DNA of 42,961 nucleotides from Octopus sinensis. Lineage: Eukaryota. Of the stretch, positions 1 through 10,680 are shown in pieces (position 1 is the stretch's first letter; every line of letters starts with the position of its first letter). The notes under the pieces were generated by a model. It had not been told where the DNA came from. It was given only the letters and a program-made list of their open reading frames with translations, and did no database searches. The DNA is taken from positions 1 to 42,961 of the forward strand of contig NW_021835186.1 of NCBI RefSeq assembly GCF_006345805.1, given 5' to 3'. A program made the translations under genes and the position numbers.

Positions 1-358
1 GGGTACGAATTTCACCAACAGTCTCCACATGCACAAATCCTCCGTTAAAATGGAATGCACTGATCCTGTGCTTGTTCCCACTTCATCAACAATTTCCTGG
101 ATTGTTACCTGACTGTCTTCCACGATCATTCGCTGAACCTTCTCAATCGTTCTGGTTTGTGGATGGCTACCCTGAGTGTGCCTTGCTCTCTACTAAGGTG
201 CAGCCATGTCTGAATCAGTTGTACCACTCCTTGATCTGAGTTTTGTCCATGGCTTCATCGCCAATGGTCTGCTGAGTCTTCTGGATGGTGCGATCTTGAG
301 TATCATCAAGCTCCTGGCAAAATTTCATGTAATATCTCTGCTCGATAAGATCGGTTTT
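1..358 (-). pseudogene. Mariner transposase N-terminal (HTH) remnant
   Basis: Manual translation gives TDLIEQRYYMKFCQELDDTQDRTIQKTQQTIGDEAMDKTQIKEWYN*FRHGCTLVESKAHSG*PST, a frameshift, then IEKVQRMIVEDSQVTIQEIVDEVGTSTGSVHSILTEDLCMWRLLVKFVP. This matches the mariner IEQR..IKF / SGRPST / V.akFVP pattern. Stops and a frameshift make it non-functional. Confidence 0.85.
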
Positions 359-563
359 CTTGCGGGGAAACGAAAATCCGTCAAACGCACACTACACGCC
401 TGTACTCTAGGCGTAGCAACCGGAAATTGACGCGGCCTATCGGCGCGAAAATGTTCACGCGCGCAGGAAAGGTAGCATCACGTCCCATCCAAAGGGTTTT
501 TGGTCACGTGGCATTAGCTTCGGCAGGAAAAAGTAACAACGGATACTTTTTGAACGCACCTCG
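1..563 (-). mobile_element. Mariner (Tc1/mariner) element, left end with TIR; runs off window start
   Basis: Minus strand begins TA|CGAGGTGCGTTCAAAAAGTATCC (TA at 564-565), a mariner-type terminus, and is followed by a degenerate transposase N-terminus. Confidence 0.85.
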
Positions 564-1699
564 TACACCCACGCACGCGTGCACATATACGAAGGGAAAA
601 ATGAGAAAATAGGAAAGCTTCTGACAATGTGGAATGTTTCACAAACCTTTATAGTTCAGGTGTAAGAGGCCCATCTCAGAAAAAAAAAACAGTCATGGAA
701 ATGTCTAGCTCTACAGGTTCCGTTAATCCATTCAATCCCCTATTATAAGCGAACTACAGCGTTCTTGTACGTAACGTATGTAGATTACACATAAATACAC
801 CATATATATTATTACATACATATATTCAACACACACACACCACGCACGCACTACTACTTTCTCGCAAAATGTTAATTATTGCTACTTTGTAACACAATCC
901 GTCACCTTTCGAAAACTTTATGCAGCTGTTTTCTGAAACTTATTTTATTTTTTAAAACTGATCTTTCAAGCCTGCGTAGACGAATGAATCGGATTCTTTC
1001 CAATATTTTTATTTCATCGATTTCGTTAGGATGAAGGCATGTAAAAGTAAAAACAGAGTCAGCTTCGTCCGAATTTGAAGTAACAGAAATGAAAGATAAA
1101 TACTGGAAGAAAATTCTTTTTGATCCAGTGTTCTACGTTCTATGCCAAACCAGTCTATTCTGGAATTCTTTATAATTCATTTTTAATTGTAGCACCATTT
1201 GAATAGTTTAGTTGAACAAACCGACCCCAATACCTATTTTTTAAAGTTTGATACTTATACTACGTATCTTATGCCGAAACGCCAGTGTGTGTGTGTGTGT
1301 GTGAGGCAACACACACGCAACACACCACACACACACCCACACACACACAGATATATAAAAAAAATTAATCTTAAAGCAGTTAATGAGTTTTTTTGTTTGT
1401 TGATGTTTTAAATATGTCATCCTTTATTTGTTTCTTTTTTTTTCCAGGAAAATTTCACGGAGAATTTATTAATAGCCGATAATTTTGATAAATATTCTGC
1501 TGCTATTTATCATCATTCCGTCCAGGTTAAATGTAAATATTTCTGGCAGCAGTCCAAGAAAAAGAGATACAGTAAGGGAGATCTTAGATTATTCCTGGCT
1601 ACTTCTGGCGGTGGCAAGAAGTTCGAATGTCAAATCAAAGAGCAACGCAGAAGATACATGTAGAAAATGCATATTTTATATTTCTGTTACTTTCTTTCT

Positions 1700-2030
1700 T
1701 TTCGTTGGCGATTTCTTTTCCTTCTTCGGACTTTTCCCTTTCTCCTTTCCGACGAAGAGCTATGCTCAAAACGTCAAAAACTCTCTCCTTTCACCAAACG
1801 TCAAGTAACATATTTCATATGCACATCCTCATGTTGTCTTGTTTTTATTCGTTTACTTGAATTGTTTCCGTCTTCCCTTCTTTGGACTTTTTCTATATTT
1901 CTGACGAAGCGCTCCACTTGAAACGTGAAATCCTCTTTCTTTCTTTCCTTTCTTGAGCGTCCAATAACACTGTACTTATTCCATGTCCTCGCGTTTTTTT
2001 CCTTGCTTGTCAGTTTGGATTAACTATATA
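1700..2030 (+). mobile_element. Penelope-like (PLE) terminal-repeat remnant, two tandem units, each with a degenerate minimal hammerhead-like core
   Basis: Cores CCGACGAAGAGCTATGCTCAAAACGTC (1749-1775) and CTGACGAAGCGCTCCACTTGAAACGTG (1901-1927) follow similar pyrimidine-rich leaders. The region ends in AACTATATA at a (TA)n tract and is homologous to 17390-17560 (-). Confidence 0.55.
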
Positions 2031-2043
2031 CATATATATAAAT

Positions 2044-2092
<49 letters not shown>
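2026..2092. repeat. (TA)n microsatellite
   Basis: Direct reading. Confidence 0.95.
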
Positions 2093-2096
<4 letters not shown>

Positions 2097-2260
2097 ATAT
2101 GTTTTGGGTTGAAATAGAAAGATGAATAATCTTGTTGCAGATTAATCAAAAGTTTAACCGATACCTTGGTAGCAAAAATCACAGCAGAAGAAAGCACGGT
2201 TGGAGGTACAACCATATGGTGTTGCAACCGTGCGTTGGTGCGGATAATTGAATTTTAATA

Positions 2261-2614
2261 TATTAGTGAATTGAAGAAATGGAGTTGAACGAAGATTGAA
2301 CAGAAATCCTTATTGCATTCTACACGTGTTCGAAAGCCACAATTTACCAAATTCCGATTGAATAAGGAGACCATATTGTGTCTTTCTCTTCAGGAAGAAA
2401 TAGGAATTCGTTGGCAGAACAAAAACAGAACAGAGGCGCAGCAAAACAAATCGAACGAGGAGGCTCCTAAGAGCCCATGGCCATGGGCTCTAAAGGCACA
2501 ATATGGTCTCCTTATTCAATCGGAATTTGGTAAATTGGGCTTTCGAAACACGTGTTAGAATGCAATAAAAGGATTCTGTTCAATCTTCGTTCAACTCCAT
2601 TTCTTCAATTCACT

Positions 2615-2618
<4 letters not shown>
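2261..2618. mobile_element. Fold-back element with ~125-bp inverted arms (PLE inverted pseudo-LTR or MITE)
   Basis: 2261-2385 is the near-exact reverse complement of 2492-2618. The spacer contains the perfect palindrome GAGCCCATGGCCATGGGCTC (2471-2490). The element is flanked by TA/(TA)n. Confidence 0.85.
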
Positions 2619-2669
<51 letters not shown>

Positions 2670-2680
2670 CATACATACAT
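2619..2680. repeat. (TA)n/(TACA)n microsatellite
   Basis: Direct reading. Confidence 0.95.
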
Positions 2681-3001
2681 AGTAATAACGAAAATGACTA
2701 GCGGATGGAAAATGTTAGACTTTATTAATGTATTGCGACATACACTTCCGCATCCTATATGTTTATTTGCGACGACATTTTCCAATCTATAGGATATATG
2801 AAATATTATTTACAGTATCCATAAATCGTGAACGCATTCAAAGGTACTTGCTCTAAACAAATGTGTGTACGTGTCTATATATATCTTTATATTATATCAC
2901 ACTATCACACGCACAGACACACACACAGTAAACCAATAGTGATGCTACTATTAAAGTCTAAACATCTTAAACTTGAACATCCAAGCAGTAAATAAACGGG
3001 A

Positions 3002-3324
3002 GTGAGGGCGCGTGGCTTAGTGGTTAGGGCATTCGGCTCATGATCGTAAGGTTGTGAGTTCGATTCCGGCGACGCGTTGTGTCCTGAGCAAGACACTTTA
3101 TTCACGTTGCTCCAGTCCACTCAGCTGGCAAAAATGAGTTGTACTTGTATTTCAAAGGGTCAGCCTTGTCACTCTCTGTGTCACGCTGATTATCCCGAGA
3201 ACTACGTAAGGGTACACGTGTCTGTGGAATGCTCAGCCATTTGCACGTTAATTTCACGAGCAAGCTGTTCCGTTGATCGTATCAGCTGGGACCCTCGTCG
3301 TCGTAACCGGCGGAGTCTTTTTTT
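3002..3324 (+). mobile_element. Full-length tRNA-derived SINE (OR2-like head, CORE/Meta-like centre, tail type T1)
   Basis: A box TGGCTTAGTGG, B box GTTCGATTCC, centre TGTGTCCTGAGCAAGACACTTTA. A 13-bp TSD TAAATAAACGGGA lies at 2989-3001 and 3325-3337. Confidence 0.9.
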
Positions 3325-4099
3325 TAAATAAACGGGAAAGGGCAACAGCGGTTAGTTAAACGGTATTGTAAATCGTTATAAAAAATACGAACGCTAGAGA
3401 TAGAGTTAATGGAAACTTAGCCCGGACGTAGTTTCTCTTCTAGACAGAGGAATATTATATGTTGTTTGAGAAACAACAATAACAACAACAACGAGAAAGA
3501 ATAAGAAAGAAAAGTGTATCTAAAATGAAGGCGAATGTCATGTTTTTAACTAATACACACTCAAATTTCACATCTGAAAATTGTTTGGCAGTATTGATGA
3601 AGCCTTCTACGGAGTCACAAAAACTTCTCAAACGTAACATTGCGCACAGAAGTTAGAAATTATAAAATTTAGTCAAACTATAGAATTGAATGAAATTCCT
3701 GATTGTCATTAGGGATGATACCACATTTCAAGAAATATTTTAAGAAACTAATATAGTAATCGATATTTGTGCGCTTCTATGTATGTATTGAATGAATTCT
3801 TAGCCGTAGCAAATTAAGCCTAGCTCAAGCGAAATGTTATGGAAGAGTTTGCTTAGCTGATGTGAGATTCACAGGGAAATGAAAAGAGTTTTTCATGGTA
3901 TTTTAGGAAAACTCTTAACACACCAAAAGACGGCTGGAAAAATATAGGATTAAAAACCAAAGCGAAACAAGTACAAGCGTACATCAAAACACTACTTCAA
4001 AACAACGATACGTCCATTAATACATCGAAAAGATTTTGGATCTAAAATTAGAACTTGACCTACATCCAGACACTTCTATTATCGCGTGTACTCCGTGTT

Positions 4100-4128
4100 T
4101 ATTACTACTACTATTACTGCTGCTATTA

Positions 4129-4177
<49 letters not shown>

Positions 4178-4226
4178 GCTACCACTACCACTACTACTAC
4201 CGCTACTACTACTACTACTACTACCG

Positions 4227-4287
<61 letters not shown>

Positions 4288-4302
4288 CACCATCGTCGTC
4301 AT
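4100..4302. repeat. (TAC)n/(CAC)n trinucleotide microsatellite
   Basis: Direct reading; it produces the poly-Y/T/L/S/V ORFs in the track. Confidence 0.95.
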
Positions 4303-4316
4303 CATGATTAAGACGG

Positions 4317-4392
4317 TGAGGTGGCAGAATCGGGGTCGATAAAACAAGAATTAGTTGAGTACTGGGTTCGTTGTAATCGACTAGCCTGCCTG
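4317..4392 (+). mobile_element. Internally deleted Nin-domain-like SINE
   Basis: Head GAGGTGGCAGAATCG is joined directly to GGGTCGATAAAA..CTGGGTTCGTTGTAATCGACT. Compare the fuller copy at 29812-30030. Confidence 0.55.
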
Positions 4393-4483
4393 CCATCTAA
4401 CACTTCAAGCCTTGTATATATAGTAGAAAGGATTATTTATTTATTCATTATTTTTATTATTATTATTATATATATAATATATC

Positions 4484-5036
4484 ATTGAGGAGAGAGCAGT
4501 GCATGCCATCAAAGTGACACTGAGGTACAATATACGAAACCCAGATACCATCAGACTACCCGTCTGATAAGGGTACACTAGGCACATCCATCACAACCAT
4601 ATGTGCGTGACATGGTGATCTCATATCAAGATAAACAGCGCATGACCTTGCAGGTGGAGCCCAGTTAGAATTTTCTTCTGGTCGGTAACCCATCCCGCTC
4701 AAAAGGTTCCTGAATAAGGGTTGTTAAGGATGTTGAAAAAACCACACATGTTTCCAGAGGGTGGAATTATTCAAACTCCAAAGAATTCCTCTCACACATG
4801 GCTATGATGCTTCCCTACTACTTCTGCTTGTGATCAGAGATGCACACATCGTCAGCCACTAAGGAACATGCTCAAACTGGTTATGGTCAAACAACTGACA
4901 AGCAAATCTGTGGTATTGAGCAGAATATTGCTGTAGCCCATCCTTTATACCAAGACAAAAAAAATGCACATGATAACACTTCCAATCAGTTAAGATGGGA
5001 AGCCATGAGAGCCACTGCCTGCTACTGCATCAGGGC

Positions 5037-5038
<2 letters not shown>
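4484..5038 (-). mobile_element. ~555-bp non-coding interspersed element embedded in a (TAA)n/(TTA)n tract (possibly a Dong/R4-related non-autonomous element)
   Basis: Complex, more GC-rich sequence with TTA-type repeats on both sides (4433-4470 and 5038-5146). No meaningful ORF. The Dong link and orientation are inference. Confidence 0.4.
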
Positions 5039-5079
<41 letters not shown>

Positions 5080-5104
5080 GTTATCATGATCATTATTATT
5101 ATCA

Positions 5105-5146
<42 letters not shown>
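5038..5146. repeat. (ATT)n microsatellite
   Basis: Direct reading. Confidence 0.95.
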
Positions 5147-5279
5147 GCTTTTCTTCTTCCTTCAATTTTGTTTCCATTTCTTGCTGAGCGTCTTATCGCG
5201 CAAAGAAACTTACTGTTTACATTAATAGGCCATTAAAATAAACAGACCAGATTGCTCGTTTACAGAATCAAAGCCTTTT

Positions 5280-5590
5280 TTTTAGTCTTATTTGTTTTAG
5301 TCATTTTGACTGCGGCCATGTTGGGACACCGCCTTATGAGAAAATATCATCATCAACATCATCATCGTACATGTGTGTGCGCGCACGCGCGTGTTTGTGT
5401 TTGACCACTGCCATCGCTTGACAGTTGGTGGAAATTTATTTGCGTCTTGAACTTAGCGGTTCATCAAACGAGACCACCAGAATAAATATACCAGATTTAA
5501 AATAAGCACTAGGGTAGGTTCGCTTGACTAAACCCTTGAAGGCACTGCTCAAGGATGGCTGCAGTTAAATGGTTGAAATAACTAAAATAA
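5280..5590. mobile_element. Two OK-like SINE 3' fragments (5280-5340 minus; 5370-5590 plus)
   Basis: GACTGCGGCCATG..CACCGCC, and ACTTAGCGGTTC..GACTAAACCC..GCTC..ATGGCTGCAG, match the SINE tail seen in many other copies in the window. Confidence 0.65.
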
Positions 5591-5597
5591 AAAAACA

Positions 5598-5759
5598 AAC
5601 AGGAGCACTCTGAGAGCGCAAACCTCCGCCAAGGCAATACCGTGATCTCAACGATTAGCCATTTTGAAAATGGGAATATCTGAAATAAACTCGATTGATC
5701 TCACAAACAAGAATACTAAAAATGAACCCGACCGCTCTCAAATATTAAGGCGGAGGTAA
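5598..5759 (-). mobile_element. Helentron-associated (HINE/DINE-1-like) non-autonomous element, internally deleted
   Basis: Minus strand reads TTACCTCCGCC...GGCGGAGGT (subterminal inverted repeats), then the stem-loop GCGCTC-TCA-GAGTGC, then a terminal TTT. This is the HINE architecture. Confidence 0.5.
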
Positions 5760-6004
5760 CGATAAAAGATTTTAAAAGGATACATAAGGCATTTCGATGT
5801 AAAAAATGAGTATAATTTGTGTGCTGATGAAATATCGCTCATTTTCGGTCATCATTTTAATCGCCGGCTCGTCATCATATCGTATCAGTTCCGATACAAC
5901 TTAGTTTCTATGGTGTGTGTGTGTGTGATGTGCTGTCTCAGAACACCCTCCACAATATTTCATAATAAGGGACAGAAAAAAGAAGTGCAGTAAGGAGTGA
6001 GATT

Positions 6005-6968
6005 TTTATCATCTTTTTATCTTTTACTTGTTTCAGTCATTAGATTGCGGCTATGATGGGGCACCGTATTGAAGGATTTTAATCGAACGAATCGATCCCA
6101 ATACCTTTTTCTTTTCATTTTAGAGCCCGCTATTTATTTTACCGATTTCTTTTGCAGGACCGCTATGTCATGGGGAAGTAAATAAACCAGCACAGATTGT
6201 GAAGCAATGTTGTAAGGGACAAACGCAAAACGCACGAACGCGCGCGTGCACGCACGCACACACACACATACACACACATACAGACGATAGGCTTTTTTCA
6301 TACAGCTTCCGTCTACCAGATTCACTCACAAAACATTGGTCGATCCGTGGCGCGAAATTTTTTCCCACGAGAGTTCCGGACCCCAGCAATGAACTCATTT
6401 GCATACAACTAATCAGAGCTCACCTTCCCCCTGTCAAGTTAACAAACACACTCTACCAAGTAAACTCAAGACGGTATTGTAAATCGACCGATCACCAAGT
6501 TATGCCTAATTTTAGGCGAAAGTAATTAGATAGATTTGCATCTATACCTATAATCGGATTTTGTTAGGGCCCCATATGGTGAAGATGTGGATGGGGAAAA
6601 ATGTGGGTAGAGGGTGATGTGCTAGCAACCCTCTACCCATGCTGTTTTAGAAAGTAAACAACAATACAAATAACTACGCATGGTTGAAACAAGAACAACA
6701 AGCATTATTAAAAGAGAAAAGAAACATGGTCATTCATTACCCAAGTGACCTTAACTTATTGCCCATCACTTGTTTTGCGCTCATAAATCTGTTTGATAGC
6801 TGAGCTCTGATTGGTTGTATGCAAATGAGTTCATAACTGGGGTCTGGAACTCTCGTAGGAAAAAAAAAATTCGCGCCCGGGGATATAGCTGGAGAGACAC
6901 TTGTCCACAGTGTCACAGAATGGGACTGAACTCGAAACCACGTGGTTGGAAAGTGAGCTCATTAAACT
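6005..6968 (-). mobile_element. OK-like SINE split by a MITE (SINE parts 6005-6348 and 6878-6968)
   Basis: Tail, internal (CA)n and CCGTCTACCA..CACTCACAA lie on the left. The sequence resumes after the insert as CGGGGATATAG..GACACTTGTCCA..GGGACTGAACTC..ACCACGTGGTTG. Confidence 0.8.
6349..6877. mobile_element. MITE with ~75-bp TIRs carrying octamer (ATTTGCAT/ATGCAAAT) and CCAAT-like motifs; superfamily unassigned
   Basis: 6349-6422 is the reverse complement of 6801-6877 with few mismatches. Internal 12-bp hairpin TGGGTAGAGGGT/ACCCTCTACCCA at ~6604-6639. Confidence 0.85.
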
Positions 6969-7632
6969 ACACATAGAAGGACATGCCCGCGCCTACGTTA
7001 GCATTTATAATAATGAATTTACTATCGTTAGTAGGTGTGCAGAGTTCATCTAAGCTCACAGCACACAAAATGTAGGCTTTTGATGTACACAAACACAAAT
7101 GCACGGACACGGACACACACACACACATGCGCTCGAGCACACACTCTATACGAATGTGCGTGTGTCTGTTTCCTCTGTAGTGGGGATTAATGTGCTTACT
7201 GTCATTATTACCTTTTGTTATCTTGTATCTTAATAGTAAAACACGCAATAATTTACATCACATGTCAGTCATAAAAGCAACAACAACTACAACAACAGCA
7301 ACAACAACAAGATAAACAACAAAACGAATAGAGAACATGTGAGCGATAGATTAGTTTTATTGTGATGCAGTAGTAATACCAGTACACCTGCCAAAAAAAG
7401 AAAGAAAAAAATTACCACGGAATTTGCTCTTGCTGTTGCTGTGGTTGTTGTTGTTGTTGTTGCTGTTGGTGTTTTCAAAAGGAAAGGAAGAAGGAAAAAA
7501 ATATATATATATAATGCTGCTACTTCTTCCCCCTTTCTTTTTCTACGATGAAGAAGATATAATATTATTGGTTAATAAGAAACAGATATCCAGCATTGCC
7601 TCAGAATTGTAACTGTTTATGTTCTGTGTTTA

Positions 7633-7668
<36 letters not shown>

Positions 7669-8214
7669 GATTGGGGGATTTCTTTCCTAATACAGACTTG
7701 CAGGGTTTTCTTCACCCACAACATTTAGGCACTTTAGAATTAAAAAAAAAAAAAGGAGAGCGAAAGAAGTAATATTTATCCCCCACTTAAATACGTGGAT
7801 GTTTCTGTTGGAACTAATTATACTGCGGTAGATACCATGAGAGAACCTCTCAAATGCACTCTTTGGTTCAAAATGCACTCTTTTTGATATCGCTATCAGA
7901 GAGATAAATCCCCGAAAGAAAATGCTAAAATATGAAATAGCTAAACTTATTGCTAGTATGTCGGAGAACGGAAATATAGTCACGGAATGAAGGAAGGCGG
8001 GAGGGAGGCTTGCAGAAAATGCTTCGAATTTTAACTAGTAAAAAAATGTTTTCTTCTTTTTTTAAAATTACAATGAATGAATGCTAAATACCATTTAAAT
8101 TTCATAAATACAATAATACTGAAATATTTTATCATGGCGTGAGTATGTTTCTTACATAATGTCCTATATACCTATATAGATCTACACACTATAATATTTA
8201 TATACTTATTAATA

Positions 8215-8312
8215 ACATACATACATGCATACATACATACAAACATACATACATACATACATGCATGCATGCATACTTTCATTCATACATACACATACAT
8301 ACATACATACAA
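8215..8312. repeat. (TACA)n/(TGCA)n microsatellite
   Basis: Direct reading. Confidence 0.9.
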
Positions 8313-8546
8313 ATATAAAATGTAATATAGTATTTAGTTTATCAATCCCTATACACCTCTGTTTATCTACATATACTATAAGTATTACACTATTCATATA
8401 TACTATATACTTATAATACTATTTAGTTTATCAACCTCCAATGGGTGATAGACTAGCATAAACAGTGATCGAAAATGAAATCAGAGGTAAAATAATGTCA
8501 CTTCATTTGAATAGCATAAATAATTAAATTAACTGAACAAATATCA

Positions 8547-9112
8547 TTGGGTTGTCCGGAAAGTTCGTGCCGATTTTTAAAGGAAAGAAAAAGGTCAATA
8601 AATATTTGCCATTACATTTTTAATCAACCAAATATGAACCATTTTGTTGCACAATGCGTCTCCATCTTCCTTTAACTTGAAAATACCCTCTTTCCCGGAT
8701 TGAGGGTGGTTTCTTGGCAAAGAATTCATCAAGGTATCTTTTTATGTCATCCAAGGAATTGAAATTTTTACCATTAACACTATTCTGCAGAGACCTGAAT
8801 AAGTGGAAATCCGAAGGAGCAATATCTGGTGAATATGGAGGGTGGGGTAACACATTCCAGCCGAGCTGTAGCAATTTTTCTCTGGTTCCCAAAGCATCAA
8901 GTACCGAAAATGAACTTTCTTACCTTCCATTTTAAAGGGTTACGAAATTAACATAAGTTATAGGAACATAAACCTTCTTCCAAGAAAAGATAGCTTAAAC
9001 TGTGCTCTAAATGGAGGTGTAGTCAAATCCTATTTTATGGACTCAACAATGTTCTAAAATAAGTCGAAATGTAAGCTACTATAAATCGGCACGAACTTTC
9101 CGGACAACCCAA
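8547..9112 (-). mobile_element. Internally deleted mariner (566 bp) with perfect 30-bp TIRs
   Basis: TIR TTGGGTTGTCCGGAAAGTTCGTGCCGATTT is identical at 8547-8576 and 9083-9112. TA at 9113-9114; CA on the left (likely mutated TA). Confidence 0.95.
8620..8930 (-). pseudogene. Mariner transposase N-terminus fused out of frame to its C-terminus
   Basis: MEGKKVHFRYLMLWE (8930 start) joins at ~8887 to TREKLLQLGWNVLPHPPYSPDIAPSDFHLFRSLQN...WRRIVQQNGSY, which contains the mariner YSPD(L/I)APSD motif. The first two catalytic Asp and the DNA-binding domain are deleted. Confidence 0.92.
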
Positions 9113-9481
9113 TATTTTAAATAATTCAATGACAATAGTTGGTGGAAACTCTCTTAGAAGGTCAATTGATAGCAGGAGAAACCTTCAGATGGATTCCCGC
9201 CAGCAAGTGATTTAGCCTGTTAGTTTTAGATTGACAGTCTAAGGGAGACGGGCCTGCCTTGGTCATAACTCCTAAATTTCCTCTTATTGTTTCTGAAACG
9301 CTGCCTTGAGTAGTGGGTGGGTGAGGGTTGAACCTGGACCCTTTAGGTAATCTTATTTCCCTGTACTATGGTGTATATCGCTTAGCTATGACGACTACTA
9401 AAAGAAATTGGACTGAGGATTTATTTCAATCTGGATTTTTATCCTATTATCCGTTTAGTAGTGATTTGCAGCATTCTTTTT

Positions 9482-9700
9482 CAGCTCCAGCTACCGTCTT
9501 CCGTTGCTCATGGCCACATTAAGCTCATCCTAGCTGTCTCTAACAGGCGTTTCATCGTTGCTGTTCTTTTGCGATCTTTGATTCTGAGCTGACACATGTG
9601 GGCTGCGAGGAACCTTCGTGCGCCAACTTCCACTGCTTGTAGTGTGCAATGGTACTCCTCTTTTGTCTTATTTTCATTGGTGTTGTTCATCGACATGGTT
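9482..9700 (-). pseudogene. HERO-like (R2-group, REL endonuclease) non-LTR retrotransposon C-terminal remnant
   Basis: CTLQAVEVGARRFLAAHMCQLRIKDRKRTATMKRLLETARMSLMWP*ATEDGSWS* resembles the HERO C-terminal pattern VEVG(C/A)RGF...K...AE..S.W.W.....W. Recognised from memory, not from a search. Confidence 0.6.
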
Positions 9701-9799
9701 CACATTAGGGACTTGTCAGGCTTAAACCAAGATGATTCAGGCATCTGATTTCTTACTGATGAATTCTGAAGATTACATGAACATGTTCGGAATGACAAC

Positions 9800-9980
9800 C
9801 CAATTTCAACTTTTGGTATAGGGCTAAAGAGATTAGTCTTATTACATTGACCTCAGGTATTTCATCCCAAAAAGATGAAAGAAAAAGTTGCCCTTGGTGA
9901 GATTTAAACGCAGAACGTAAAGTGCCGGAAAAATGCCGCTATGCATTTCGTCCGATGCACTGATGCTTTTGCCAGCTCCA
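9800..9980 (-). mobile_element. Nin-domain-like SINE, diverged
   Basis: GATGAAAG..AAAGTTG..CTTGGTGAGATTTAAAC..AGAACGTAAAG...TTTTGCCAGCTC follows the reverse complement of 29812-30030. Confidence 0.65.
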
Positions 9981-10554
9981 CGACTTAATTAAATTTATAT
10001 AATGGCATTTATATGTATATGGTGATGATGAAGGCAGTGTCATTCCAACATTTTCAATCGACTTTTTTTTCCCCAAAAAAAGGGCATTGAATCGATCATT
10101 TATTGATTGATTCAGCGATATTTTCTCCTTTTTTTATTTATAGATCCGTTCTTTCAACAATAAAATTATTTATTTCTGAGTTGAGTAAGTGACTTGATCC
10201 GAGAGTGTGTGTTAAATCTGATACAATTACATCATGTAACAGCTATTTTTGTCAGCAAAAAAAGAACATATAAAATCAGTTATATTCACTTTTCGTTTAT
10301 TTCGCAATAGTAAATATATGTACACACTACTACAAAGTATGAAACACTTTAGCCGAAATCCTGCGACCAGAATCGAATCGTATCACTAGCCAAACTGCAG
10401 AAACGCAACGAAACTTTCTAACACTACACAATGGACAATACTATTAAGATATAAACCAAAGTTGTAAGTAAAATTTTGTGTGGTCTTAATAAGAAGAACC
10501 AGTATGGTTCTTCTGCGAGCTAATTTAGCTTCTTTGTTATTTAGGCTTTTTGCA

Positions 10555-10625
10555 ATACAAATATATATATATATATATATCTATTATATATTATATATAT
10601 AATATATATATATATATAATATATA

Positions 10626-10668
<43 letters not shown>

Positions 10669-10680
10669 AATATATATAAA
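10555..10680. repeat. Interrupted (TA)n microsatellite
   Basis: Direct reading. Confidence 0.95.

Noticed and set aside
206-612. Plus-strand ORFs 206-430 and 427-612
   Set aside because: Antisense shadows of the minus-strand mariner remnant.
3005-3075. tRNA-like sequences here and at 22830-22905, 31720-31790, 37530-37600 and 38630-38700
   Set aside because: They have A/B boxes but lack a proper acceptor stem and continue into SINE bodies; they are SINE heads, not tRNA genes.
4036-4396. Poly-Y/T/L/S/V ORFs; likewise poly-I/L/N ORFs at 4840-5187 and 13619-13879
   Set aside because: Trinucleotide microsatellite artefacts.
7687-7983. 98-aa minus-strand ORF
   Set aside because: No recognisable domain or convincing splice sites; it contains a local direct duplication (AAATGCACTCTTT twice) typical of neutral DNA.
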